Below are positions 20,001-28,951 of a stretch of DNA of 64,000 bases, piece by piece. This DNA is from an uncultured Legionellales bacterium. GTDB lineage: Bacteria; Pseudomonadota; Gammaproteobacteria; JAHCLG01. A program made the position numbers and the translations under genes. How positions within the stretch are numbered: the first letter of the stretch is position 1; the number at the start of each line of letters is the position of its first letter. Under the pieces are notes generated by a model. The model saw only the letters and a list, made by a program, of their open reading frames with translations. It was not told the origin of the DNA and searched no databases. The DNA is taken from contig CAYGUK010000005.1 in NCBI GenBank assembly GCA_964352985.1, positions 125 to 64,124 of the forward strand. The letters are read 5' to 3'.

Positions 20001-20189
20001 ATCTTCGACCACTTGCGGTGCTTGCCCCGGATATGATGTTTTTACAATGACTTGCACATCGGAAAGATCAGGAATTGCATCAACTGGCGTGTGATATAAA
20101 GTATCTATTCCAATCGCTATCATGACAATCATTGCGATCAATATTAAAAAACGATTTTTAATCGACCAATTTATGATAGCTTCAATCAT
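17079..20189 (-). CDS. Heavy-metal efflux RND transporter, CusA/CzcA family (HME-RND), pump 1.
   Basis: 1036 aa with 12-TM RND architecture. 'AIGAMVDGAIVMIENV' (proton-relay D-G-A..EN motif). The size is typical of HME-RND. Confidence 0.85.
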   Translation of the reverse strand: MIEAIINWSIKNRFLILIAMIVMIAIGIDTLYHTPVDAIPDLSDVQVIVKTSYPGQAPQVVEDQVTYPLATAMLAVPDAKTVRAFSFFGDSYVYVIFKDGTDPYWARSRVLEYLNQVSSQLPANAKPELGPDATGVGWIYQYVLVDKTHSHDLSELTSLQNWFLKFELQTVKGVAEVATVGGMVKQFQVVVEPNKLRAFNISLNQVKKAILNANTETGGSVVEMGEAEYMVRTNGYIQKIADLDNIPLGVSEHGTPILLSDIARVQLGPKLRRGIAEYNGIGETVGGTIIMRQGGNALATIKAVKTKLAELQKSLPQGVKIVETYNRATLIKKAIHSLSAKLIEECIVVMLICLLFLFHFRSSLIIVISLPVGILIAFIVMRVQGINANIMSLGGIAIAIGAMVDGAIVMIENVHQHKARDPNCDHWTLIKIASIEVGPPLFFSLLIITLSFLPVFSLQAQEGRLFSPLAFTKTYAMAAAAILSITLVPVLMGYLIRGKIISENKNPLNRFLMMLYRPVINVTLNYPVTLLVLTLVFVIASLWPLTHLGTEFMPNLDEGDWMYMPTTLPGVSIGKAQQILQQTDKLIKSVPEVKSVFGKIGRANTATDPAPLTMIETVIQFKPQSQWRKGMTKEKLKEALNRIVKLPGITNAWVMPIKTRIDMLATGIKTPIGIKVSGPSLTEIEKIGGEIERLLKPLSGTLSVYADRAAGGRYISIDIDRKKAARYGLSIKDINQVVQTAIGGMTISESVEGRERYPINLRYPQTNRDSLQAIKLLPIVTSSGANIPLADVATVSITNGPPVIKSENARLTGWVLIDIDNIDIGQYIKTAKNVLAEKLSLPPGYSLTWSGQYEYMMRAKAKLMRVAPLTLLIIFVLLYLNFKSVKEVLIILLTLPLALTGGVWLLYSLDYNLSVAVGVGFIALAGVAVEIGVLMLTYLNQSLVAEEEATPQLSLAQLKQAVIEGSLLRVRPIAMTVLSIVIGLLPVMLGHGVGSEVMKRIAAPMVGGMISALLLTLIVIPAIYYLWKRRALMIKR

Positions 20190-20198
20190 TATTATCCC

Positions 20199-21680
20199 TT
20201 AATGTGAATGAGTTTCATCTTTTATCACATGGATCATCGTCAATTCGTAATGATCATTAGCGCAATGTTTCATTACAAAATGAATGTTATCGCCAACGTT
20301 AACACGCTTGAGATCGACCTTGTTAGCAACCGTAAACGTCATCGTCATCGCCGGCATATTGATCGCTTTAATTGGCTCATGATCTAAGGTGATGGTGCGA
20401 TTTTCACGATTTATTTTTGTCACCTTCCCCATTCCGATTAACTCTATGGGCTTTGTTGATGATTTTTGATGTTGGTCGCTATTCATTCTTTTAAGACTTG
20501 CTAAAGTATTCGCTTCTGAGTCAATTAAAAATTGTGCGCTGGTCACAACTTTATCACCCGCTTTTAGTCCACGAGTGATCTGATAATAATGACCCGATTC
20601 AATACCAATAGTGACTGATTGTGTTGTAAATTTTCCATCGCCTAATGCAATAATCACGCGATCACCGTCACCTGTTCTTATTAATGCTGATGTTGGGATC
20701 CCTATTGTATTATGAATTGGTTTACCCAAAATGGTAATATTTGCAAACATATTAGGTTTGAGGCTTAAGTCAGGATTTGGAAAAACTAAACGGACTTTTA
20801 AACTGCGTGTTTTCCTATCAAGTGTTGGGTATATAAAATCGACTTTACCCGCCCAGACTTTTCCAGGATAGGCATCTAAACTTGCTTTTGCATCATCGCC
20901 AACGTTAAACCATGTTGCAAGGCGTTCAAAAACATCGGCTATAATCCAAATATGGGAAAGATTTTCAATTGACATTATTTCTTTATCAGGGGTCACATAC
21001 ATGCCTTCACGAATGGATAGCTTAGCAATTATGCCGTCTGTTTTTGCATAGATGTTAACAAGTTGATCCGCGCGATTATTTTTTTTCACGAGATTAATCT
21101 GATTAAGTGACATCCCTAGTGCTTGCAATTTTTGTTTTGCGCCATCAATAATAATTTTATTTCTACCACTTAAGGCTAGGAGATATTCTTCTTGAGCGTT
21201 GATAATTTCTGGTGAATAAATAGCATAAAGTAATTGTCCTTTTTTGATGTATTCACCGGTTGTTTTAACATTTAATTGTTTGATCCAGCCTGATAATAAA
21301 CTGTGGACATGGAAAATATTGTTTTCGTCAACGCTAACGTAACCTACTGTGTTGATTAGACGAGGCAAGTCCATCATTTTAACCGTTGAAATTTTCACAC
21401 CAATGTTATTAACGACAGTGGGAGAGATTTTTATTGATGAACCCTGTTCATCAGTTAGTGGGTTCTCATAGACGGGAACCAGATCCATGCCCATCGGTGA
21501 TTTACCTGGTTTATCCCGTCGATAATTGGGATCCATTGGTGCAACCCAATATTTAATTTTCTTTTTTATCGTTGCTGATGGCGTATTGTTTTGAGTTGGT
21601 TGATTGAAAGTGTATTGGATCCACATGCCTAGCAAGACTGCAAAAATAATAATTAACAAAATTAAGAGCTTTTTTTTCAT
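20199..21680 (-). CDS. Membrane fusion protein (CusB-like) with a C-terminal CusF-like metallochaperone domain.
   Basis: 493 aa. N-terminal TM, then a biotinyl-lipoyl/beta-barrel MFP region. The C-terminal ~90 aa contains 'INMPAMTMTFTV' (CusF-type Met-x-Met Cu/Ag site) and ends His-rich. Confidence 0.75.
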   Translation of the reverse strand: MKKKLLILLIIIFAVLLGMWIQYTFNQPTQNNTPSATIKKKIKYWVAPMDPNYRRDKPGKSPMGMDLVPVYENPLTDEQGSSIKISPTVVNNIGVKISTVKMMDLPRLINTVGYVSVDENNIFHVHSLLSGWIKQLNVKTTGEYIKKGQLLYAIYSPEIINAQEEYLLALSGRNKIIIDGAKQKLQALGMSLNQINLVKKNNRADQLVNIYAKTDGIIAKLSIREGMYVTPDKEIMSIENLSHIWIIADVFERLATWFNVGDDAKASLDAYPGKVWAGKVDFIYPTLDRKTRSLKVRLVFPNPDLSLKPNMFANITILGKPIHNTIGIPTSALIRTGDGDRVIIALGDGKFTTQSVTIGIESGHYYQITRGLKAGDKVVTSAQFLIDSEANTLASLKRMNSDQHQKSSTKPIELIGMGKVTKINRENRTITLDHEPIKAINMPAMTMTFTVANKVDLKRVNVGDNIHFVMKHCANDHYELTMIHVIKDETHSH

Positions 21681-21838
21681 TCCTTTGTCCTTTACTAGGC
21701 GATATCTAGTTTGATCCTCGTTAAATTAAACAAAATCAGTCATTATGTATTTGATAATATCATAGTAATTAACTAATATTTAAAGATGTAGATAATTTAA
21801 GCACCGAATATATTTAGATAAAATTATTAACGCCCACC

Positions 21839-21858
21839 CATAAGTACGCACACTTATG
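21839..21858. promoter_or_regulatory. Palindrome CATAAGT-ACGCAC-ACTTATG in the intergenic region upstream of the cusB-cusA-like operon. Candidate operator.
   Basis: 7-bp arms are exact inverted copies. It lies about 180 bp upstream of the cusB-like start (21680) in the minus-strand promoter region. Confidence 0.3.
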
Positions 21859-21921
21859 TTTTATACCCTACCTCTCACAGAGCAGATCCTTGAACTGTTT
21901 TGTTAAAGTAACAAATCAAAT

Positions 21922-22518
21922 CTAAGCATTTAATTCTTGATACGCTTTTTTGATCACAGCAAAGGATGCTTTAATGCCAAGGAGTCCAATAATCAGTGCC
22001 ACAATCGTATCAGGCCACGTTTGATGAGTAATTGTGATTGTTGCGCCTGAAAATAACACAAGCAGATTGATAATTGCATCATTTCGGCTACACAACCAAA
22101 CAGATAACATATTACTATCGCCTTTGCGAAAATAATATAATAGATAGGCGACAAACAGATTAACAAATAGTGCTAATAATGCTACACACATCATGAGGAT
22201 CCCATTGGGAGAGTTAAATATCGACCGTCCAAAAATAACTAAAATAATAACCAAAATACCGTAACTCCCCATTACGATCCCTTTTGCCATTGCAATTCGC
22301 GATCGCCAATGCGGATGATACTTTAATGCAATAAGACTTGTGCCATAATTTCCTGCATCGCCTAGAAAATCCATTGCATCAGCAAAAACTGCTATGGAGC
22401 CTGCAAACCAACTGACGATAATTTCAATAATAAACATTATCAAGTTTAGCAATAAGGCAATCCATAAAACACGCCAATACTTCACTTCAACTGTTTCACC
22501 ATTACAACAATCAGTCAT
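21922..22518 (-). CDS. Cation diffusion facilitator (CzcD-like) protein, short form comprising only the transmembrane domain.
   Basis: 198 aa with 5-6 TM helices. The 'FADAMDFLGDAG' motif is typical of CDF TM2. There is no cytoplasmic C-terminal domain. Confidence 0.55.
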   Translation of the reverse strand: MTDCCNGETVEVKYWRVLWIALLLNLIMFIIEIIVSWFAGSIAVFADAMDFLGDAGNYGTSLIALKYHPHWRSRIAMAKGIVMGSYGILVIILVIFGRSIFNSPNGILMMCVALLALFVNLFVAYLLYYFRKGDSNMLSVWLCSRNDAIINLLVLFSGATITITHQTWPDTIVALIIGLLGIKASFAVIKKAYQELNA

Positions 22519-25500
22519 TATTATCCTTATTTTTTATCGTCATTTTTTTATGTCGTTTGTTATGCGTTAGATAATACAAGCAAGGTAAAACAAACAACGT
22601 GAGTAATGTTGATGAAATTATTCCGCCTATAACGACAGTTGCCAATGGGCGTTGTACTTCTGCACCCGTACCCGTGGATATTGCCATCGGAATAAAACCA
22701 AGCGATGCAACGAGTGCTGTCATTAATACTGGGCGTAATCGTTGTAGCGCACCTTGAAAGACAGCCTCTTTGATAGGGACATCTTGCTGAACAAGATTTT
22801 TGATAAAGGTTATAATCACAAGGCCATTTAATACTGCGACACCGGATAATGCGATAAAGCCCACACCTGCTGAAATTGATAACGGAATACCACGCAACAA
22901 CAGTGCAAATACGCCACCTGTTAACGCCAAGGGAACACCGGTAAAAACGATGATACTATCGAGCACACTACTCAATGACATGAACAGTAGTACAAAAATT
23001 AATATTAATACAATGGGGACAACAATCATTAATCGTTTTGTTGCAGTCGCTAACTGTTCAAATTGTCCACCCCAGGTGATCCAATAGCCACTCGGTAGTG
23101 ATAACAATTTATCAATTTTGACTTGTGCTGCATCAACAAACGATCGCAAATCTCTGCCTCTTACATTCGCAGTCACTACGATTCGACGTTTACCATTTTC
23201 TCGACTAATTTGATTGGGGCCAGCTTTTACGGTGAATGTTGCGATTTCATTAAGTGGAATGAAATGTCGATTACCATCGTCATTAAGTGGTAAGTCAATG
23301 TATATTTTTCTTAATATATTTTTATCTTTTCTCGCTTTGTCTGATAAACGAACAGTCAAATCAAAACGCCTGTCGCCTTGATAAATTTTACCCACTTCTC
23401 TGCCACCGAGTGCTGTTGCTATGGTATTTTGAACTTGTGACATGGTTAAACCATAACGCGCTAATAGCTGGCGATCGACATGAATGGTTATTGTCGGTAA
23501 TCCGGTTACCTGCTCTACTTTGACATCAGCAGATCCTTTGATTTGTTTTAATATTGCGGCTACTTTATTAGCATTTTCAAGTAATACTTTCATATCATCA
23601 CCAAATATTTTAACCGCAACATCACTTCTAACACCAGAAATCAATTCATTAAATCGCATCTGGATCGGTTGAGTGAATTCATAATTATTACCCGGTAATT
23701 GCTTTAATGCGGTTTGTAGTTGATGGATGAGTTCTAATTTTGAAAGTTTGGGATTTGCCCACTGACTTCTTGGTTTTAAAATCACAAAGGTATCAGCCAC
23801 ATTCGGTGGCATTGGATCGGTAGCCACTTCAGCGGTGCCAATTTTCGAGAACACATGGCTCACTTCAGGAAATTTTAACAACCTTTTTTCTACAAGTTCT
23901 TGCATTTTTACTGATTGCGTTAGGCTGGTCGATGGCGTTCTCATGGCATGAAGGGCAATATCACCTTCATCCAAACTTGGAACAAATTCACCACCCATCG
24001 TTGATGCAACCAACGCTGCAATAATTACAATAACAATGGCAATAATTAAACTTATCCAAGGTGATTTCAAACTCAAACGTAGGCTAGGTTTGTAAATCTT
24101 TTGACAACTTCGAACAATGAGGTTGGGTTTTTCTGTTATTTTTCCTGTTAAAAATATCCCAATCGCGGCAGGTACAAAGGTCAGGGATAATACAAGTGCC
24201 GAGAGCAAGGCTAGAATAACCGTTTGCGCCATTGGTATAAACATTTTTCCTTCTACACCGCTTAACGTTAGGATTGGAATATAGACAATGGTAATAATTA
24301 AAACACCAAATAAGCTAGGCTTAATGACTTCCTGACTTGCTGATAAGGTAATACTGAGTCTTTCTTTTAATGGTAATGATAAACCATGGGATTGTATTCC
24401 TAACTGTTTAATACAATTTTCAACAATTATCACTGCGCCATCGACGATTAAGCCAAAATCCAATGCGCCCATACTCATTAGATTGGCACTGATTTTATAA
24501 TGCACCATCCCTGTAATTGTCATCAGCATTGACAGTGGAATAACAGCAGCGGTGACTAAAGCCGCACGAATATTCCCTAGAAATAAAAATAAAATGACAC
24601 AAACTAATAATGCGCCTTCTAGTAAATTATTTTTAACTGTATTTATTGTTGCATTTACTAATTGCGTGCGATTATAAACAGGGGTTGCAATAACACCTTT
24701 TGGCAATGTTTTATTAATCTCTTTTAAACGTTTTGCAATTCTTTTTGCAACGACGCGGCTATTATCGCCCATTAACATTGAAACCGTTCCAATGACTGCC
24801 TCATGTCCTGCACTTGTTCCCGCGCCACTGCGAAGCGCATGACTAATGGTGACATTTCCTAAATCAGAGATACGAAGACTGACACCGCGATGTGAACGAA
24901 CAACAACATTACCTATTGCTTGCTCTGTTTTTAATTGCCCCGGTATACGAATTAGAAATTGCTCACCGTGTTGCTCAATATAACCAGCCCCCATATTATC
25001 ATTATTCTTTTCTAATGCTTGCTCAATATCATGTAATGTTACGCCATATTGGATCAATTTTTTAAGATCAGGGGTAACTTGATATTGTTTTTCGTAACCA
25101 CCAATAGCATTTACCTCTGCAACTCCTGGAAGGTTTCGCAATTGTGGCCGAATAATCCAATCTTGGATCGTGCGTAATTGCATCGGTGTATACGGTTTCC
25201 CTTTTTCATTTATCGCGTCGGGCTTTGCTGTTACCGTATACATGAAAATCTCACCTAATCCCGTTGAGATTGGCCCAAGCTGTGGTTCAATGCCATCAGG
25301 CAATTGGCTTTTTATTGATTGCAATCGTTCAGTGATTAATTGCCTAGCAAAATAGATATTGGTTCCATCTTTGAATACAACGGTAACTTGCGATAACCCA
25401 TAGCGCGAAAGCGAACGTGTATAATCTAATTTAGGCAAACCACTCATTGCCACTTCAATAGGATAGGTGATCCGTTGCTCCACTTCATAAGGGGTTAAAC

Positions 25501-25666
25501 CGGTTGCTTCTGTATTAATCTGTACTTGCACATTAGTGATATCGGGGACAGCATCGATAGGGAGTCGTGTGAAATTATAAATCCCTAAAACGATAATCCC
25601 AAGGATAGCTAATAAAATAAGCCAACGTTGTTTAAGAGAAAATTGTAAAATCCGTTCTATCATCAT
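22511..25666 (-). CDS. Heavy-metal efflux RND transporter, CzcA/CusA family, pump 2.
   Basis: 1051 aa. 'DFGLIVDGAVIIVENC' motif. 12 TM plus large periplasmic loops. Confidence 0.85.
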   Translation of the reverse strand: MMIERILQFSLKQRWLILLAILGIIVLGIYNFTRLPIDAVPDITNVQVQINTEATGLTPYEVEQRITYPIEVAMSGLPKLDYTRSLSRYGLSQVTVVFKDGTNIYFARQLITERLQSIKSQLPDGIEPQLGPISTGLGEIFMYTVTAKPDAINEKGKPYTPMQLRTIQDWIIRPQLRNLPGVAEVNAIGGYEKQYQVTPDLKKLIQYGVTLHDIEQALEKNNDNMGAGYIEQHGEQFLIRIPGQLKTEQAIGNVVVRSHRGVSLRISDLGNVTISHALRSGAGTSAGHEAVIGTVSMLMGDNSRVVAKRIAKRLKEINKTLPKGVIATPVYNRTQLVNATINTVKNNLLEGALLVCVILFLFLGNIRAALVTAAVIPLSMLMTITGMVHYKISANLMSMGALDFGLIVDGAVIIVENCIKQLGIQSHGLSLPLKERLSITLSASQEVIKPSLFGVLIITIVYIPILTLSGVEGKMFIPMAQTVILALLSALVLSLTFVPAAIGIFLTGKITEKPNLIVRSCQKIYKPSLRLSLKSPWISLIIAIVIVIIAALVASTMGGEFVPSLDEGDIALHAMRTPSTSLTQSVKMQELVEKRLLKFPEVSHVFSKIGTAEVATDPMPPNVADTFVILKPRSQWANPKLSKLELIHQLQTALKQLPGNNYEFTQPIQMRFNELISGVRSDVAVKIFGDDMKVLLENANKVAAILKQIKGSADVKVEQVTGLPTITIHVDRQLLARYGLTMSQVQNTIATALGGREVGKIYQGDRRFDLTVRLSDKARKDKNILRKIYIDLPLNDDGNRHFIPLNEIATFTVKAGPNQISRENGKRRIVVTANVRGRDLRSFVDAAQVKIDKLLSLPSGYWITWGGQFEQLATATKRLMIVVPIVLILIFVLLFMSLSSVLDSIIVFTGVPLALTGGVFALLLRGIPLSISAGVGFIALSGVAVLNGLVIITFIKNLVQQDVPIKEAVFQGALQRLRPVLMTALVASLGFIPMAISTGTGAEVQRPLATVVIGGIISSTLLTLFVLPCLYYLTHNKRHKKMTIKNKDNND

Positions 25667-25677
25667 AGTTCCTATGA

Positions 25678-26697
25678 TTAATGGGAATGCCCAGCACTAC
25701 TTTTTTCAAGCTCTGCTTTTAAAATAAAACTATTTTTTGACACGTAGCGCATTCCGCTTTTTAACCCCGCTTTTATCTGAACAAATTTATCATCACCAAC
25801 ACCCAACGTGACATGTTCTGCTTCAAAATAATTAGCTTTATTTTCGACAAATACCACTTTTTCACCATCGACCTCTTGAACAGCATCACGGGTGACCGCA
25901 ACGGGAACATTTTTAGCATCAACAACAACCGTTGCATCAACATAGAGTCCAGGGATCCATTGATTATGAGGATTAGCGAGCGAAGCTCGAGCAATGATAC
26001 TTTGGGTATGTTCATTACCAATTGGTGATATATAATGAATAACACTCTTAATCTTTTTCTTGTTTTTACCTTCGGCAGTTACATAAATCCTATCACCTTT
26101 AGCAACACGATGGGCGTCTTTTCGATAAATTGAAAGCTCAACCCAGACTGTCGATAGATCGGCTAATTCATAAATAGGTTGCTCAGGTTTCACTAATTTT
26201 CCAACATTCACATGTTGTTGGATTAATGTCCCCGCTAAAGGTGTTTTAACAGAATAGTTTTGCAAACTTTCATTACTCTCTATAACGGCAAGCACATCGC
26301 CTTTTTTAACATAGTCACCCAACTGAAAAGCAAGTGATTTTACAACACCTGTAAATCGAGGATAAATGGCGACTTGTTTATTTTGCTCAGGTACTATTTT
26401 TCCATAAACTGGTAATGTTTGTTCAATGAGTTGAGATTTTATTGTGGACACTTCGATATGATTTGATTTTAATGCATCAGGTGATAAATAAATAATGTTG
26501 TTTTCTTCAGCGTGTTCATCATGTGTATCGTCAGATTGGTTCTTATGCTCTTTAGTCGTTTCATTAGAGTGCGTTTTATGTTGTTCTTCATTTTGAAGAT
26601 GATGCTCATGATCGTTATCGTGACTTCCACTAGCAATAGCGATACCCATTGTTAGCATCAACGCAATTATAAAACTAACAACAACAGATTTGTTCAT
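25678..26697 (-). CDS. Membrane fusion protein (CzcB-like) with a His-rich N-terminal metal-binding region.
   Basis: 339 aa. A signal/TM segment is followed by 'SGSHDNDHEHHLQNEEQHKTH...HDEHAEEN', then MFP beta-barrel motifs. Confidence 0.75.
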   Translation of the reverse strand: MNKSVVVSFIIALMLTMGIAIASGSHDNDHEHHLQNEEQHKTHSNETTKEHKNQSDDTHDEHAEENNIIYLSPDALKSNHIEVSTIKSQLIEQTLPVYGKIVPEQNKQVAIYPRFTGVVKSLAFQLGDYVKKGDVLAVIESNESLQNYSVKTPLAGTLIQQHVNVGKLVKPEQPIYELADLSTVWVELSIYRKDAHRVAKGDRIYVTAEGKNKKKIKSVIHYISPIGNEHTQSIIARASLANPHNQWIPGLYVDATVVVDAKNVPVAVTRDAVQEVDGEKVVFVENKANYFEAEHVTLGVGDDKFVQIKAGLKSGMRYVSKNSFILKAELEKSSAGHSH

Positions 26698-26706
26698 ATG
26701 CTTCCC

Positions 26707-27957
26707 CTAGTGTGATCCTTTTCCAAGCAAACCATTTATTTCAACTAATGTCTTATCAAAATTAGCGTGCGCTTGCCAATACTCTCTTTCTGCGTTTAAT
26801 AGCGTTGCTTGTGCGTTAGCTAACGTAACATAAGGATATTTCCCTTGAAAGTAACCTTGCTTAGCCATCGTTACTGCTTGTTGAGCTTTTGGTAATATTT
26901 GATGGTAAATTAAACGCGCTTGAAATTGAGCTGATTGAGCTATCTGAAATAAAGTCACGAGTTGACTTTTTAATTCAATTAAAACTTGTCGTTGATTAAA
27001 TAAGGCCGCATTATACTCTGCTAATCGACTAACAACATTACCCTGATTAAGATCATAGATCGGTATTGGCAGTGAAAAGTCGGCAACTAAACTGTTATCA
27101 TGGGTATCAGCAAAATGTCTCGTGCCAATTGCCACCGTAAGATCGGGCCAGATTTGTTTTTTTGCTAAAATAATCCGTTTGTAAGCAACATCTGACTCAA
27201 TAACTTGAGCTTTCCAAGTGGGACTACTCATCAGTGAGCGATATAACGTTGAATATGACGCAAGATAATGAGGTAGCCCCTTATCAATGACGTTATGATA
27301 TTTTAATTTTTTGCGCCCCATTAACAGCGTTAATCGTCTCCATGCGGCATGCAATTTTTGATAGGCAATCGTTCTTGCTATTTTTGCTTGTGATAATTGA
27401 ATTTGAGCGGTTAACAAATCAAGAGGCGATCCGCTACCGGCGTGTAGTTTTCTTTTTAAGGTAATAACAATGCTCCCATTGATACGGACTAATTTATCCG
27501 TTGAATGTAGCCAGTTTTGAGCATAAAGAACATTCACATATCGCTCACCTAAAAGAATATATAATTTTGATTGTGCCGTTAATAACGTTGCTCGGCTCAA
27601 TCGAACCAAGCCATGTTGAACATTTTGGTTGGCAATACGTTTACCACCTAAAGGGATCGGCTGTGCTATTTGCACCGTGGTCTCTGCCGATTCAAAATTT
27701 TGATATTCTCCACTACCCGCTATATTTTCAGCTGATACACTGAGTGAAGGGTTTGGATAAGTGAGTGACTGGATTAGCTGCCCATTTGCTGAGCGAATAG
27801 AAGCATGAGCTGATTTTAGTAGCGGGCTATATCGTTTTGCAATTGACCAAGCACGATTAAAGGTAAACATCGAGCTTGCTTGAATAGTTGTCACAAAAAA
27901 ACACCAAGTTACTATCATTAAAAAACTGAGTAATCTTGGTGCTAATCTAATTTTCAT
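26707..27957 (-). CDS. Outer-membrane efflux factor (CzcC/CusC/TolC family). The start is probably the internal Met (MKIRLAP...), avoiding overlap with the ArsR gene.
   Basis: The signal peptide begins at 'MKIRLAPRLLSFLMIV'. Helical repeats are OMF-like. The ORF track extends to 28029, but that would overlap the arsR-like gene by 83 nt. Confidence 0.7.
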   Translation of the reverse strand: MKIRLAPRLLSFLMIVTWCFFVTTIQASSMFTFNRAWSIAKRYSPLLKSAHASIRSANGQLIQSLTYPNPSLSVSAENIAGSGEYQNFESAETTVQIAQPIPLGGKRIANQNVQHGLVRLSRATLLTAQSKLYILLGERYVNVLYAQNWLHSTDKLVRINGSIVITLKRKLHAGSGSPLDLLTAQIQLSQAKIARTIAYQKLHAAWRRLTLLMGRKKLKYHNVIDKGLPHYLASYSTLYRSLMSSPTWKAQVIESDVAYKRIILAKKQIWPDLTVAIGTRHFADTHDNSLVADFSLPIPIYDLNQGNVVSRLAEYNAALFNQRQVLIELKSQLVTLFQIAQSAQFQARLIYHQILPKAQQAVTMAKQGYFQGKYPYVTLANAQATLLNAEREYWQAHANFDKTLVEINGLLGKGSH

Positions 27958-28318
27958 TATTATTTTTTCCTTTATGTTTATCTTTGGTATGCGCAATAAC
28001 ATCCCGAATGATGCAGCGAGCACATTCATCTTTCACATGATAAAGTACACGTTTACCGTCACGAGTGGCATGAATTAAATTAGCTTCTCTTAATAGTTTT
28101 AAATGATGACTTATTAATGATTGTGAAAGCGTTTTCATTTTTGTCATGATGTCGCTGACAGAAAGAGACTGCTCAAGACATAACCACATAATTTTCAAGC
28201 GGTTTGGTTGGCTTAGCATACGAAATGTATTGGCAACTTTTTGAAAATATTGATCATCCATAGCATAGAGATTACTATCACAAGGTATTGATGTCAATTC
28301 ATATGAATAGATGTTCAT
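27947..28318 (-). CDS. ArsR/SmtB-family metalloregulatory repressor.
   Basis: 123 aa. 'LSQPNRLKIMWLC...LSVSDI...LSQSLISHHLKLLREANLI' is the winged-HTH signature. Additional Cys/His residues are present at the C-terminus. Confidence 0.75.
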   Translation of the reverse strand: MNIYSYELTSIPCDSNLYAMDDQYFQKVANTFRMLSQPNRLKIMWLCLEQSLSVSDIMTKMKTLSQSLISHHLKLLREANLIHATRDGKRVLYHVKDECARCIIRDVIAHTKDKHKGKNNNEN

Positions 28319-28329
28319 TAGTTAGAATA

Positions 28330-28367
28330 TCGAATGAAAGATCCCGCCGCTTATGTCGATCCACCCA
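28330..28367. repeat. Right terminal inverted repeat of the Tn3-family transposon.
   Basis: tCGAATGAAAGATCCCGCCGCTTATGTCGATCCACCCa is the reverse complement of the left repeat, with 4-5 mismatches near the tip. Confidence 0.7.
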
Positions 28368-28508
28368 AAGTGGCGAAAAAAATTGACCAAAAAAAGAGTT
28401 AATTAATTTATCGTAAAATGGTAATCCGGCTGGAATCCTGGTAAAACATAGTAAAATCATACATGGATCTGTAGTAGCTCAAATGCTCTCATATCATAAT
28501 TTTTCGCT

Positions 28509-28910
28509 TTATCCTAAATTTAAACGTATATAACGATTTAATGACAATTGGTAGGCTGAGCGAATATTATCGATATTGTTATAATGAACCCCTAATAAAA
28601 TTTTGAGTTTGTTTGTATCGCAAGAGGTTTCTTGAAAATAATTGAAAACCTCATAAACATTTATTAATTCATAATAATACACACTTACTGGAACATGAAT
28701 TGAAGGTACTAAACATATCAACAATTGTTGGATGACATAAGGTGATTCAAAGTAGCGGGTATCATCATTCCAATCAATAATATTATGTTCAACTAAATAA
28801 TCAATAAGATAATCTAAAATCGAAACTATATCTTGATAGCTTAGATCCGGTCTAATGAAATAATCTGTTGGATTAAATTCATATTGATGTTCTATTTTGT
28901 AAATATTCAT
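28509..28910 (-). CDS. Hypothetical protein.
   Basis: 133-aa ORF, no motifs. Confidence 0.3.
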   Translation of the reverse strand: MNIYKIEHQYEFNPTDYFIRPDLSYQDIVSILDYLIDYLVEHNIIDWNDDTRYFESPYVIQQLLICLVPSIHVPVSVYYYELINVYEVFNYFQETSCDTNKLKILLGVHYNNIDNIRSAYQLSLNRYIRLNLG

Positions 28911-28951
28911 TTCAATATTCCTTCATATTACAAATTGCATTGATTGCACCA

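Larger units (their letters stand above)
10255..28367. mobile_element. Complete Tn3-family transposon of about 18.1 kb carrying heavy-metal efflux cargo. It is flanked by 38-bp terminal inverted repeats and a 5-bp direct duplication (AAAGT).
   Basis: Left repeat GGGGTGAATTGACATAAGCGGCGGGATCTTTCATTCGT (10255-10292). Right repeat is its inverted copy at 28330-28367, identical over 27 internal bp. AAAGT is present at 10250-10254 and 28367-28371. tnpA sits at the left end. Confidence 0.75.

Noticed and set aside
17579-27743. Short opposite-strand ORFs inside the RND, MFP and OMF genes (17579-17779, 18088-18615, 22800-23087, 23287-23523, 23484-23672, 25170-25355, 25773-26045, 25813-26028, 27501-27743).
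   Set aside because: They lie entirely antisense within long genes that carry strong family motifs. They are shadow ORFs.
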